The notes beneath the pieces were generated by a model. It saw only the letters and a list, made by a program, of their open reading frames with translations. It was not told where the DNA came from and made no database searches. The position numbers and the translations under genes were made by a program. This document shows positions 49,819 to 63,515 of a stretch of DNA of 64,000 nucleotides, piece after piece. The stretch is from Microbotryum violaceum (Eukaryota), in NCBI GenBank assembly GCA_001244265.2, contig CDLV01000007.1:1054001-1118000 (forward strand). The letters run 5' to 3'. Position 1 is the stretch's first letter; every line of letters begins with the position of its first letter.

Positions 49819-51477
49819 ATGTTCGACAACGACAACGACAACGATGACTTTGACCTGGGATCCTCACGACCGAACGGCACGTCGTCGTCGTCGTCGTCGC
49901 CGTCGCCTCAGCCAGGCGAGGTGCTTCCATTTGGCCACTCGTCGGCATCGACTCGGCGAGGCTCCGGTTCGGGATCAACTTCAGGATCGGGATTGGCTCG
50001 ATTCATTTCGACAACGAACTCGGCGGATGATGGTCTTCCTCTGCCTGTCGCAGCGTCGAATACGATCCTACCACGCAGGACGAAGCGGTTCGTCGCCTCG
50101 GCCAAGGGCAAAGCGAAAGCCGTCAACGATGACGAAGCTGTTGGCCAGGCTCTGTTGAGCGGACACGACTTTGGGGAAGACGGCGAGAGGTCGTCAAGTG
50201 GTCCGACTGGAATGGCCTTTTCGATTCGTTTCACCGATGGGAGTGAGGATCTGTTGGATCTTTGCGTTGGAGAGAAGGAGAGCGTCGCGGAGGTCAAGCG
50301 CAGGGTCAGTTCTTATGGACAGCAAATGGTCCATCTTGGTCGCGATTGAGCGAACATTTTGATCAATAATCTACTCTCTCTCCCTCTTCAAAGATTCGCT
50401 TCCTCCGGCCCAATCTCATGCACGAAGACCGACCGCGGCGGCTGCGTCTGATCCAACTCGGTCGGCTCCTGACGGACGGCACCTACCTCGTTCCTTGGAC
50501 CGTACAACTGCTGTCGCGGCGAGCCAAATTAGTACGACAACAGACCCAACCCAACGCGGAGGCCTTGCTCGAGGGAGCGATCGAAGGGATCGAAGCTGCG
50601 GTTGGAGTGACCGTACCGAGAGCTTCGATCGATCTCAAGGGGGGGTCGAAGCAGGACGCAGCGCAACAGAGGAGGGATAGTAAAGGGAAAGGGAAAGAGA
50701 AGGATATGACGCTGGCTGGGACAGAGGCTGAAGATGACAAGCAGGTGTGGCTGCATTGTTCGGTCGGGGAACCGATGGATGATGAAGAAATCGACAGCGA
50801 ACGGATACAGGTAGGTCTCATTTCGCCGCTTTCCCCTCGTGGTATGAGCTGACGAGGGGAGTCCACGTTCAGACGACTCAAATCACACCGCTGCAAGGCT
50901 TTGACCGATTGAGGGACGCTGGCTTCTCTGAAGAAGAGATCGCTACGATGCGGGCCGAGTTCCGACGCAACAACTCGGCAGGGGGAGGTCAGCAACCGAC
51001 ACGTTTGCGAATCGAGATTGATGTGTATTGAGCTCACCCTAATCGACTGTTTTCTTTCGATCTAGATGACGATGAACACGCTCGAGCGTTGGAAGACCAA
51101 TGGATGGAAGGACTGGCCGGGCAGAACGAAGCCGCGGCGACCGAGTCTAGTAAGTCGCGGTGATCTCGGTTGCCTTCGGATCATCGTGGTAAAAGTTGCA
51201 CTGACAGCTGCTTCTTTCACATTCATCAGCCACTGAAGGCTATTGGATGAAGATGCTCGGAGGGCTTTGCGTCGGTTTCTTCTTCCCATTTTTACCCTTT
51301 TTCTTCTTCCGAACCCATCTCTTTTCACGCACGTGAGTCGAGATCTCTAATTTTTTTACCGTTCCCGTCCCTCCCAACTCACACCTCAATATTATTTCGA
51401 TCGACAGCACACAAATGGCCATCGTACTCGGCGTCATCATCAACGTCGGATTCGGCATTATGCGTTTGTTCACATAG
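49819..51477 (+). CDS. DSC3: Dsc E3 ligase complex subunit 3 (DUF2407 ubiquitin-like domain)
   Basis: FSIRFTD, RLRLIQLGRLLTD, WLHCSVG, GFDRLRDAGFSEEEIA.MR.EF, RALEDQWM, GLCVGFFFP and a C-terminal TM segment. Confidence 0.85.
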
Positions 51478-51620
51478 TGCCTGTCGATTGGATAGAGACG
51501 GAAGGAAGATGGGAGTGTATCATTATGCAATTGATATGTCCATCATACAAAGTCCTTGGCCGTCCGTCATTTTGAGGTGCGACGCATGTACCAGCGAGGA
51601 GGGCTTATACCTTATCCTGC

Positions 51621-53286
51621 TCACTCCTCGCTCCGATCCTGCTTGACTTCATATCGCTTCCCTCTGTGCCGACGGGGATCAAACAGGAACGAGCCAGATT
51701 AGTGATCAAGTCCCACTTTTGAATCAATACAGAGAGCATCTCGACTAACCGAATGCCCCAAATCCCCCAATTGGTCTTGACCGCTACCCTCGGATCGAAT
51801 TCGGCGATTTCCCATTTCTCACTCCCAAATACGTTCTCCCCCGGCGTCAACAACCAATCGAACTCGCCGTTTATGCCCTCTGCTTTATCAAGAGCGACGA
51901 CGTCCCTCTCCACGTCGGCGGGACTGAACCCGGTGCAAAAGAGGGCGCATTTGGTTTCGAGGATCGAGAGGATCGAACTTGACCAGTTGGTCTCGAGCTG
52001 GGTCCTTGTAGGGTCTTGTTCATCCGGGAAGCCGAAACCGGGTGAGAAGGAGAAGAAGACGTCGAGGTAAGGATCGAAAGGTCCCAAGAGGTCGTGCACT
52101 TCGTCATAAGGCGCTCGCAGGTTCGTCACGGAGAGGTATTCAGAATCGATGCGCGTGTAGGACGGCACGCCGTAGACTTTGGTCGGGTCCGTGTTGGGTG
52201 ACTTGGCGGGGATGTGCGCTTCGGGTCCGATGAAGTAGACGTGTAGTGGGATGCGAGGGAACAGGTGCGATAGTTGACCGAGGACGTGCGAAGGGAGGGA
52301 GGATTCGGCTCGAGCGCCGAGCACAAAGATTCGGACCGGGACGGGAGGGGCGCCGCCCTTTGCGTTCGCAGATGATGCAGAAGGATGTAAAGATTGCCGA
52401 AGGGCTATAAAGTGAGAAGGACAAGAGGTCGCGGGACGGTCAGCACGGCTGCCTAGAGGGCGGCGAAAGTCGCTTCGCTTCGGACTGACCAAAGAGGGAT
52501 CGCAGTCCTTCGGGAAGCAAACGCTGGTTGCGAAGTGTATACGGGCTGCTCTCATGCAGCACCGACCCGATCGAGAGCGGATACGTGAGCAGTTTGGACA
52601 CGTGTCTTCTCGACCTCTCCGTGTCGATGGAGGGGAACCCGCGGGTGTAAAGGAAGACGTCCCAGTTGCCCATCGAGACGGCCTCTTCGTAGGCTTGCTC
52701 GCCTATGGGGGGGGGGTCGTAGAGCTACACATGCATGAGAAGAGGGGTATGGTTCGCTCTACGGTGTCTGCCACAACTACCACTGACCTGGCAGATTGAA
52801 CTCGGTCATCTCACGCCCACTGCGCAAATCATGCTCGTCCTCGTTCGCTTCCCGGAGCCTCGGCCAGTAGCGCGCCTTCTCCGTGTCTTGATCGTACCGC
52901 TCACGACTGGCATGGGTCGGGAAGCCGCACTCGGGGCACTCGTACGCGACATGGACCTTTTCTCCGTGGAGGTCGAGGGAGGCCGGGCAGTAGGCGAGTT
53001 GCTTGATGCGCTCTCCCTTTGCGCGCATCTCGGCGAACGGCGAACGACTGAGCGGGTGGAAGAGGTCGTCCTGTGCCAAGAGGGGACGGGGTGGCGCCGG
53101 TGAAGGTGATTTCGGTTTAGTTGAGCCAAAGCCGAACAGGGTCCGACGATGGATGGACGACGCAGCGGATCCGACGGCGAGGCGAGCTGCAACGACCGAG
53201 GAGGCGGCCGCGGTGGTAGAGCTACAGCACAGTGTGGTTGAGCGCCAGAGGCCGGTGGCCTGCGAGTGCGCCAGTCGGTTGGCCAT
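51621..53286 (-). CDS. MSS51: Mitochondrial COX1 translation/assembly factor Mss51
   Basis: LFHPLSRSP, CP...ECPECGFP, NEDEHDLRSGR, NWDVFLYTRGFPS, LLTYPLSIGSVLHE.SPY, LGARAESSLP, PFDPY.D.F, PGENVFGS.KW, NWGIWGIRGKRY. Confidence 0.93.
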
Positions 53287-53480
53287 CGTGGCGATGTAAC
53301 TTGAATACACGAGGATTGAACAGGAGTGAGATGGACGGCCGGAAACAGAAAGGAGAACGGGTTGGGTGGCAGTAGTCGCGCTTCGATCGCGGAAGGGCCA
53401 ATGAATTGGCAGAGACGAGACGGGCTCAAGACCGGCAGCCCCTGCGAATCAGAATCACCGCAGACGGGATCCCGCTTCCC

Positions 53481-53535
53481 TCCCTTGGACGCTCCCTTGG
53501 ACGCTCCCTTGGACGCTCCCTTGGACGCTCCCTTG
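53481..53535. repeat. 12-bp tandem repeat (TCCCTTGGACGC) x about 4.5
   Basis: Directly visible; lies in the divergent intergenic region, about 30 bp before the ATG at 53564. Confidence 0.95.
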
Positions 53536-53563
53536 TCAGCTCTTGAGACCACTCTCGATCACC

Positions 53564-54487
53564 ATGGGCAACTCGGCTTCCAAGGCGGCGAAGCAGCATC
53601 TGACCAAGACGGCTACATCTCAGTCGCCCTTATCCTCCGCTCCCACTCGATCCTCTCCCTCGTCGTCATCATCAACATTCACCCCACCGTCGTCATCCAG
53701 ATCATCCGAGCCGTTGGCGAGCGAGACCAAAAGCGACGGTTGGTCTCATGCTCTGATGGTGAAAGATGAAGCAACCAAGCTGACCGGCGGTTGCCTACTG
53801 CAGCGATCGTACACGATTCGCAAGACCCCAACTTTATGCGCAAGCTCGAGCAGCTCGGTCAAGTCAAACTCCCGAGCGCCGGATTCGCTTTCCGAGCAGT
53901 AAGCCTTGCTTCGAGCACGATCAGAAGCGATTTATATGTTCTCTGGATCAATCCTAATCGCCGGATTGGACTCTCCTTTCTTTTACTACCCCACAGCACA
54001 ACCAGATGCTCGACATTCTCAAGCAGCGCAAGGAACAGGAACTGCAGAGCGAATCCTTGACCCCGATCCCGAATCGCATCGGCGCTCGGTCCCTGTCGAA
54101 TCTGCTCGATGATTGCAAGCAAGCCGCATCAAAGCAAGAGATACAAGAACTGTGCAAACTCTACCAAATCGACTACGAAGTGAGTGCCCCGGTGGGTTGA
54201 TGTGCCGATCGAGTGGGACTCCTGACGAGCTCGATATTCATCGGCGCAGATTCTGACCGAGCTGAATCGGCACATCACGGCGCCGTCGACTTCGACCATA
54301 CCCTTACCTGAACGCACCGTTGAAGAGGACGACGGAGAGACACTACTGGTGCGTACTTGGCGAGCAGAGCGTAAAGATCCAAGTCCGTGAACTGATATGG
54401 CTTTCCTGTGTGCGGCGACAGGCAATTTGGGTCCATGCTGGTGGGGACCCTCACAAGGCGGCCGCCCCCCAAAAGTTGGCGGCTTAA
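53564..54487 (+). CDS. Hypothetical protein, five predicted exons, N-terminal MGNSAS (possible myristoylation)
   Basis: Successive short ORFs join through canonical introns: ASETKSD-AIVHDSQDPNFMRKLEQLGQV...LTELNRHITAPS...AIW. Confidence 0.65.
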
Positions 54488-54728
54488 TCTACGACCTTGA
54501 AATTTTTACGTCAAACATGTAACAACATTCCTGTGCGATTAAAGCAGTGACCTATGAATTAGAACCAATCCGAGAGCCTTTTCCAAGCCCAATCCGACTT
54601 GTGCTCAGGCGCGCCCCAAAGCATTTATCTCTTCTCTTGCTGCCGTCATCGAGCCGAGCGTCGGAACGCTCTCGTCGATCGACGACCGACGACCGACGAC
54701 CGACGACCGACCGTGCGGGACAGTGACC

Positions 54729-56404
54729 ATGATCTTTGGGAGCACCCAGTCATTACCCACACCAACGGAGCTGCCGTCACAATCGACTTCATCATCACCG
54801 GCGGGGCCTTCCTCACCCGTCGCTTCGTCGAGCCATTCGCATCCGCGCTCGCACTCCAACTCGCAGACGGCGGCTCCGACGGTCGCTGCCCCGTCGTACG
54901 CCTCGAGCAATGCCCATGTGCCGATTTCGACCACGCTCGACCAGCATGCGCCTCTGACCGACCATCTCTTCGTGAGTCGGTCAAATTCTACGACGTCGTG
55001 AACGGCTGCAGTGGGGTGTCTGGCTGGCGGCTGGCCTCGCAGTCTGACCGCCTCGCCTCCCACGGCATCGCAACAACCTCCACAGATCGCAGGCTGGACG
55101 AATGCACTCTTTTCCGACACCCAGTTGACGGTCAACTATGCGGCCATGCGCCACTCTCCTTCGACTTTCCACCTGCATGCCATCATCGTCTCGCAGTCAC
55201 CGCTTCTACGCTCCCAGTAAGTCCGACTGCTCCCTCTGCCAATTTAGCCTTTAGCCCGTTCGACCCCCACTTTCACTTTTACCCCCGCCCGAGTGCGCCG
55301 GCAGCGCAGCTACCAAACATCGCTCCCGTCATCTTCAGCAGACTGATCCTCGTCCCAAAATTATGTCCCGAAATCAGGCTCGAAATCAATTATCCGCACC
55401 GGCCATTGCACCTCAACTCGCCCGACCCGAGATTGACCCCGAGTCGGTCTCGCTCGTGCTCGCGTCGCTGTACAACCTCAGCATCCTCACCGCGCATCTC
55501 GAGGCCAAAAACGCCATCTCGGTGCTCGCGGTCGCGTACTGGCTCGGACTCGACTCGGTGCTCAAGCGTGCCGAAGAACAGTGCCGCACCTCGGTCCGGT
55601 TCGTCAAGTCCAAGCACGATTTTGCCAACTGGTACGCGCGCTCGGCATCCTGTCGGGCTCCGACGCGGACGATGCCTCGTCGAGCCACGGCCACGGCCAC
55701 CACTACCAACACCACCATCACACCTCTTCTCTTGGTGCCGGTGTAGGATCATCCTCCGACCGGTCCGAATCTAGAGCACCGCTTGCGTCAAGTAATGGGG
55801 TTACCTTTACCGGTCTCGCATCCCCGATGGATCCGAACACTTCGCTCCCCCATGGCATCGACGGAGCCAGTCGCTTGAATGGGCATGCGAATGCAAACGG
55901 CGGGGCCGCGAACGGTTCGGGGTCTGCACAACTCAAGTACGGTGCTGCCGGTGCCCGACTCAAGGTCGAACTCGGTCGACGGCTGTTGGATCTTCCGAAC
56001 GAGTTGAATGCTTTTCCGCCTGCGGGGTCGTCCTCGACGGGAGCTTATGATGAACTGGTGGATCTGATGGCCAGTTTGCCATTCGAGGTGCTCAAAGTGA
56101 GGCGGGGTGGCGAGATGGATGCGATGCAGGAACTTTTGGCTGACGTGACCCTTTTCTCTGGTGGTACCAGACGGCGTTGGAGTCGACCTCGTTCAAAATC
56201 CCTGGTGGCGATCTGCAGCGTTTCTCGTTGGGTCAGAAGATTGTGGCGGCGCGTCGTTCGTTCGCGGCATCGGCGGGGAGGCCACCGGTGTGGGAGGAGA
56301 ACGTGGTGCTCCAGTTTGGTGCGAATGGGACGAGCTCGAGTGCGGTTGGCTTGCTGAGGAAACGCAAGGTGCGAGGCAGTTGGAAGGTCTCGGATTCGAG
56401 TTGA
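54729..56404 (+). CDS. Fungal BTB/POZ-like domain protein; two apparent 1-nt deletions in this sequence
   Basis: DHLF-IAGW.NALFSDTQL...FHLHAIIVSQSPLLR...DPRLTP/ESVSLVLASLY...AISVLAVAYWLGL; C-terminal LPFEVLK..LES...QRF and EENVVLQFG. Confidence 0.6.
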
Positions 56405-56714
56405 GGTCCTCCACGAGCGGAGGAGGGCATTCGTCGGAAGTGGCGCAAGGTAGTATTTTTTTGGCAATGCAAGTAGTACTTCTCCCCGGAGTAGGAAGCG
56501 TAAACATGCACTGTGATGAAGATGGCTTATAGCGTGAAAAACTCAGCGGCGTACTCTAAAGTGAAGAATGACGACAGCAGCCTCTCTCTGTTTCGACCGG
56601 TCACGCCGGTGTCGCTGGTCCGGGTCCGGGTCCGGGTCCTCCCACCTCCCACCTCCGCCTCCCACCTCCCGCCTTCCCCCTCTCCGCCTCACGACCTGTT
56701 TGGGTGGAGGGGCG

Positions 56715-59069
56715 ATGAGCTCGCCGGCAGCATCGACTCTGCGTCACACATGTCGCCATGTGAGTCGAGTCGCCTGCCCGAGTCGTGAATACGTCTCGTT
56801 GCCGACTGCTGATCGCCTGGACCTGACCCCTCGGCTGGTTATCAATCTCCGCGATGCGATGTACCAGTACCCGCATCGGGACGCGGCCATCCTGCAGGTG
56901 CTGGCGACGTTGAATCAGTTCAGGGGCAGCCTCTACCACGAGTTCAACGATTTCAGTGAGTGTGCTTTAATGGTGTGGTGTGATGTGACGCCCACAAGTC
57001 GCACACGCGCTCTGCCCATCTCTGTCCTCCCCCCCCCCCCCACTTGCACTCGGAGCGCGCTCACCAGCGCAATCTGTCACGACGCGTAGTCTGCCCCGTG
57101 CTGACCCCAACCCTTTCTACAGCTTACGACGATGGGAGGGTCGAACTCTTGCTGTCCATCACGGGCGTGATTCCCGTCCCGATCCAAGGCGCCACGTACC
57201 AATGCCCCATCACCTTCTGGCTCCCGCTCGACTTTCCCAACAAGCCGCCGATGGTCTTTGTGCTGCCTTCCAGCACGCTCATCGTGCGTCCGGGACCCAA
57301 CATCGAGCCGAGTGGCAAGGTCGTCGAATCGGCCTATCTCGATAACTGGGCCAGGAAAGCAGAGGTGCGTATGGGGGGGTGCTTTGGCGATCACAGAAGG
57401 TCGGTTCGAGTCCGAACGTGTGTCACTTCTGACCTACACGACCCGTCACTCCCAGGGCTGTTCATTGGTCGCTCTCGTCGTGGAGGAACTCATTCCCATG
57501 TTCTCGAGGAGATACCCCGTCATGGCTCGACCGGCGTCCAAGCCGAGCACCGAGCCCAAAGCTCAAACTCGACCTTCTCCGCCCCCTCCACCACCCCCAC
57601 CCTCGATAATGCCGTCCCATTCCGGGGCACCACCTCGACCCCCCGCATCGCCAATCAAACCAGCTTCCCCGTTCGGGAACCACCGATCGTCACCCTCGCT
57701 GGGATCGTCGGGCTTTGTCGCGAATGGGGCCGAACAGCATGGCGCCTACGCCTCCGTCGGCTCCTCTTCTCCCCGAGGTCTCAGTGCACCCTGGCCACCT
57801 CAACCACCGATCACGCCGCTGCATCATACAGACCCCAGATACCAGTCTCTCACTGTGCGTGTCTTCCTTTATTATTCCTGGGTAGATGGCAATCGAAAAA
57901 AAATTAACTGAGCCACCCTGCCGTGCTATCTACAGCCCAATCATCCGCCTCCTCCCGTCTACCCGCTCCCGAACCAGAACCCCCAGCACGCTCGATCATC
58001 AAGCCTGGACCAGTCCTCCCCAGTCGCCGCAGCTCCAGTTCAACCCCCACCTCAACCGCCGTATTCCGCGCAACTCCAGTCTTTCCAACCTCCGCCGAAT
58101 CAACCCGTAGCTGCTTCGTCTTCGGGAGCCCACCCTTCTCCACCGTATTCGTCCTCCTCCCCCTCCCCCGCTATGGGACATTCGCACAAAGTCATCCCTC
58201 CTCATTATTCGGGTCCCGGCCCGAACGGGGAAGGCGTCTACAACCCTTCGCTTCCAAGAATAGCGCCGATATCTCACGGTGTGAATGGGACGAAAGTCGT
58301 TCCGACTGGTCAACGAAGTACGAGGCCGAGCGCCAATTTTTTGGATGACGACGACGACGACGACGACGATGACCCTTCAAGAGGTTCGGGAACGAGGACG
58401 ACGTCGTACATGAAAGGCGTGGCTTTGACCTCTGCTTCGAGTTCGGGAACAACTGCCGCCGCAGCTCCACCTCCACCTCGACCGACGAACCCGGCGCTCC
58501 TCGCCCTACGGCAGCAATTACTCGACAAGCTCTCCGACTCATTGCACGCGCTCCAAATTCAAACCCACGAAGAACTACAACATCAACTCGTGCTGCGCGG
58601 CGACCTCCTCAAAGGCGAACCGGCGATGGTCGATGAGATGCAGAGGTTGCAAGTCGTCAAGACGGTGTGCGAGACCGTCGAAGGGAGGTACGCCAAGCTC
58701 GTTGAAGAGGCCGAGAAGAGGTTGGGCGAGTATCAGAGCAAGGGGGAGGGGCCCGAAGTAGATGAGATTGTGTGCTCGAGTACGATCGTTTATAACCAGT
58801 GCGTGTGCTGCTTACCTCCGAGCATGAAAAGAGGGAACGGAGGCAAGGATCGCTGACCCACCCTGTACCTTTTTTTGCATAGACTTTTGGACCTCATCAC
58901 CGAAGACGCGGCGTTGGAGGATACGATCTATCACCTCGGACGCGGGCTCAACTCGGACGTGGCCAAGATCGACCTCGACCAATTCCTCAGGCGGGTCAGG
59001 TCCCTTGCGAGGGATCAGTTCATTCGCCGAGCCTTGATCAACAAGATCTTGCTTGGGCTCGCCAATTGA
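56715..59069 (+). CDS. VPS23: ESCRT-I subunit Vps23/Stp22/TSG101
   Basis: UEV domain (YDDGRVELLLSITGVIPV...YQCPITFWLP..FP.KPPMVFV), Pro-rich linker, coiled coil and SB box (EDAALEDTIYHL...IDLDQFLRRVRSLARDQF). Confidence 0.92.
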
Positions 59070-59485
59070 ACGAAGTCTTTGTTTAAGGGCCTAGGGTCGT
59101 TCAAGTGGCGGTTGGCACATCGATGGGCAAAATTGTATGACTTTTTTTTTTTTTTTTTTTTTTGAGCGCGATCCGAAAGAAACTCTCAATCACGAAGGAA
59201 AGTATAATGTGTTTGAACATTGACAGATAAATGAAATTGGTCGAAAAGTATATACGGAGGGAAACACGGACAGTATGCTTTTAAAAAATAAAACTGAGTT
59301 CAACATGGCAGAGCGTTAATCGTCAAGGGCGTCAGGGAAAGGAAGCAAGTCAAAGATAAAAGTGTCCATAGTAGAGGGTGGAACAGCACAGAAGGGGACG
59401 CGCTAAGGGGCCTGCCCCTTTAGTGCGGCGCTGACGACCGTGGAGGAGAGCTTGGTACTCGTGCGAGCGGGACCGAAAGGAATTA

Positions 59486-62400
59486 TCACGTGGCCTCATC
59501 GAATGCCAATCGCGCATTCTCGAGATCAGTGTCCATGATGGACTCGGCCATATCCGACCCAATCGTCGAAGGAGGCCTCGAGTCAAAGTTGAACTGGTCA
59601 TGATCGATCGAGTCCATCGACTGGCGCGAGTGACGCAGGTCGCCGACCATTTTCCAGAACGTCGAGTTGTTGTGATTCTTGACCATGGGTGAGTTACGGT
59701 CTGGCAAAGAACTGGTCGGATCCGAAGAGTCGTCGTCACTGTTACTCTGCTGTCCGTCTTTGCCTACGATGGGGTCGCCATGGATGTCTGTAGTAAATGT
59801 AGCGCGATCGGCACTTCGCTGCGCGTAGAGATCGTAGAAAGAGTCGGCGTAGCCCGAGTTCCGATAGTCAACACCCGTCAGGGGTGCAGCAAGGGTCATG
59901 GGAGATTGAGGAGCTTTGTTGAGATGTCCGCCGCCGACCGCCGCCGCTTCGGACGACGAGTAATATGTATCGACCTCCTCGGATACGGTGAAGCACGGGA
60001 GATCCTCGGCAGCAATCGCGCTGGTGCAGCTTCTCGTGGAGTGCGCACTGGCCTCGGGGGTGGCCGAGTCCCTTGATTTGATGTCAACATGACTAGAGTT
60101 GGATGAGCGTGCGTGAATCGAAGTTACTATCGAATCGGGATGTTCCGACGAAGCGTCACAGCGCGATGTCATTGGCGAGCCGCCAGCGTCATTTTCGAGA
60201 ATGCCGAGCATGTAGTCCGCATCGGCCCAGTCGCCTAGAGGAGAAGCTCCATCAGCCATGGAGGCGACCCTCTTCGACTCCCCTCTGGCTGGCGCTGGAG
60301 CTTCGACAGCCGAACCGTACAGAGCATCGGTCTCGTCGTGCAGATGGGTATACGGAGGTGCTTTACCCTGGTTGCTCGAAATAGAACTGTCTTCGCCGTA
60401 GGAAGAGGAGACCTCGCTCAAGGACCTGGCGTGAGACGGCTCGTCATCTGCCGGAACTGGCATTGTCGCAGACGCGTGGGGTTCAGAATTGTAGTATTGT
60501 TGAGGACGGCGCGAGTTGATGTCGTACGAGATTGGGGCTCGTCCGTGTGGCTCTGGCGCGGCCTCGGGTCCTTGCGGCGTCCCAGGCTCAACAGGTTCGA
60601 CTGCGCAGTAGGGTGATCCAGGGATCGTCGCTAAGTGTGTCGGACCTTCGAAGGATCGCACGAACCCTTCCGACTTTGATCGACTCCGAAGCTTGCCGAC
60701 CAGATTGACAAGAGAACGGCTGCTTCGGGATGCCGGTTTGAGCGCGTAGAAAGATCCACGGGGTTGGGTACCGCGCTGGTTGCGCCTGTCGGCGAGAGCC
60801 TCGGCCTCAACCAGGGTCACCGTCGTGTCATCGTCGTCATCGGTACGATAGTCCAGGGCATCGTGACTATCTTGCTCATGCTCTTGGAATGGTGTGACCT
60901 CGTCCCCGTTGAGCAGGGCGACACAATCGCGCGATTTCTTCTTCAGGATCGACTTGAATCGCGTGCCAAGCTCCTTGATCTTGCGGGGCTGCGACGAGCT
61001 GCGCAACGGCTGGTAGGATTGTTTCGCTGATCCAAACAACTGAGTGAGAGCAGCGTCGGGGTTTCGAATCGGGACGACCGTCATACTGACCGGGTCGGGC
61101 ATAAGCGTCGGGCCCGAGATGAAGGTCTTGCGAACCGACTTGTATGCCTGTCGGCCTTCTTGACCTTGTTTGAGCGCCAACGTGGCAAGCGTTGCCCGAT
61201 CTCGGACGTCTCGGATGAGGAGGGAGTCTCTCGACGGTTTAAGTCCAACATTCGGCCCCGATGCAATCACGCCCGCCACCTCGCCATCCGCCCCATCAGT
61301 TGCCCTGGCACCCTGCGGGTTGACCCGGTGAGCGAGCGGTTCGTCGTCGTCAGAGTTTGGATCATCGCCTTCATGGTCGATTTGGTACTTGAGGATACGC
61401 GGGGGAACAGCGACCGAAAGATTTCGATGCTTGGGCTCTGGCGCACGCACGATCGCGCCACTGGGCTGCTCTTTCAGTTGGTTGGCTGCGAGCGACGGGG
61501 TTTTGACGCAGTATCAGTAAATCGAATCTTCGACGGGTAAGCCTATTCGACTTACAAGGTTTCGAGCTGATTTCATGCTCGACGAAGATGCTCCGGGACG
61601 CGGTGGGCGGCACCACAATCCCCAGTTGGGGCTGAGTTTGCAAGGCTGATCCGGCTGCATTCAGTGAATGAGGTACCGCCTCAGCCACAACATCGAGCAT
61701 GTCGTGTTGAGCGGGTGCGGGTCGAGAGAGCTCATCCCATGCCGGGTTGAAAGGACCCTCGGAGCTTGCGCTGTACACGAATTCATTTGCAGCCGCGTCC
61801 AACGCTCCGCTCGCGGGGAAAAGGTCGGGCTCGACCGTTTCGGTTCGCAGTCGTAGGCTTGCTGCGCGAACGAGCGAGTTTTGAATCAGGATGATGTCGT
61901 CAATGGTTACATCAATTTGATCAAAAGCCCCGTCGGCGATAGTGTTCGCTGCCGTCGAGGTTGAGCTGGTGGTGATGCTGAGCGTTTCGTCCGGATGATG
62001 CTGGCTGGTCGGGCGTAGGGAGACGGCGAGATGCTCCATCTCTTGCACACTGCTCGGAACAGGCTCGTCGAGCCCCGCACGCCGATAAGCGCTGATGTCA
62101 AGGATCGGAGCTACGGACTGCGAGTCAGGACGGGTCCATTTCCCGTGCTTAGATGGAGGCCGGTCCAGATCGAGGCTCCCGTGCTTGCATGAAGGGGCGT
62201 CCAGATCGAGGCCCTGTCCAGGAGCGAGTTTGCTGGCCCGCACACCAGCTTTCTCGTGGTAGCTCGACCCCACAGGCACCGACTCTTCTTCGCCATTTTG
62301 TGGATCCCCGTCCTCCTTAAGTGCACTAAGCCCTGCCAAGAAGGTTCCGATATCCAAGGCGCCCATGTCAAACGACCAAGAGGTGTCGGCGAAAGCGGCC

Positions 62401-63515
62401 TCGAGGCTTGTGTCGCCCAGGAAATTGGGAACCGTCGAGGGCGGTAGGGCCGTGGCATCCGTCGGTGCCTGCCCAAACGACCTCGAGGTGGGCTCTGCTG
62501 TATCGTGCTGAGAAAGCTGGTTGATGCAATCGCCAGTTCTGTCATGCGCGAACGTTCTAGATCTGAACGACGAGGTCTGTACCGAGGCTGGGCCAGGAGT
62601 GAAACTCTGGGCTGTTTCGTAACGTGCTCGATCCATCACAGTGGGAGCGCGAGCCGAAGGTTTTTGCGTGCGACCTGAGTCATCCGGGGATGCTGGCCCT
62701 CGCCATTCAAGATGTGAGCCTCGTTCTTGACTTGCTCGGAAGTCCGGCGAAGTCGCCGGTGAGTCGGAGCAGGCTCTCAAGTGACCATTGGGATGTCGGG
62801 TACTGCGCAATAGTGCGGGTTAAGCCAGTGGATCAGCTCGTGTCGTCGAAACGCTGCCTTCCATTGCCACCCGAGTCTCCTCAAGCCATGGAAAGCACTT
62901 CTACTCTGAACATTCAGGCTACTCACCCGAGTCGATGCTGAAAGGTGCCTTTTGGGCCAATCGATGTAGTGGGACGCGCTGGTTCCGAGCCTTCGACGTC
63001 GGCATCGACCGAAACCTTGAACGGAAACGTTGATGAAAAACCGGGCTGCTCGAAGAAGGTAAGAATAGGGGAGAAAATGAAAGGGATCAAAATTTAAAAC
63101 GTGTCAGATGTGTGGTAGAAGGGACTGCGTTTTTCAGGTTATAAAGCCTGGGCTGACGGGTAGCCGACGATTGGGACCCCGGCAGGCCGTCGTCGTCTGA
63201 AGCCGAAGCGGAGCTAAGCTCGTCACGTGTGCTCGAAAAATTACGAGTTCGAACGAGGCAGGAGCCTTTGCCATTTTATCTCTGCTGCTCGCCTCGTCGT
63301 TGATCACATAGCGATTGAAACGCCTGACTTATACTCAGACTTACGAAGATCTGGCTCGCTCGAAAGTCCGAAATTGACGGGAGGCAATCATCCCCGAGCG
63401 CGAACTTGGATGACGGCGCCGTGAGGGATCGCGCGCGACCACCAGCCGACACCGAGCTTGCGGTTCGGCTTTCCCCGGGGGTGGGGAGCGAAGGTTTACG
63501 ACTGTAGGGATTCAT
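59486..63515 (-). CDS. Large Ser/Asp-rich hypothetical protein, probably mostly disordered
   Basis: ORFs 61371-62810 and 59486-61450 join in phase through a GTAAGT...CAG intron near 61480-61555. A candidate first exon starts at 63515 and ends at a GTAAGT donor. No domain was recognised, and the 5' structure is uncertain. Confidence 0.6.

Noticed and set aside
59142-59163. Poly-T tract as a retroposon tail
   Set aside because: No TSD or retrocopy body; it sits in the convergent 3' UTR region after VPS23.
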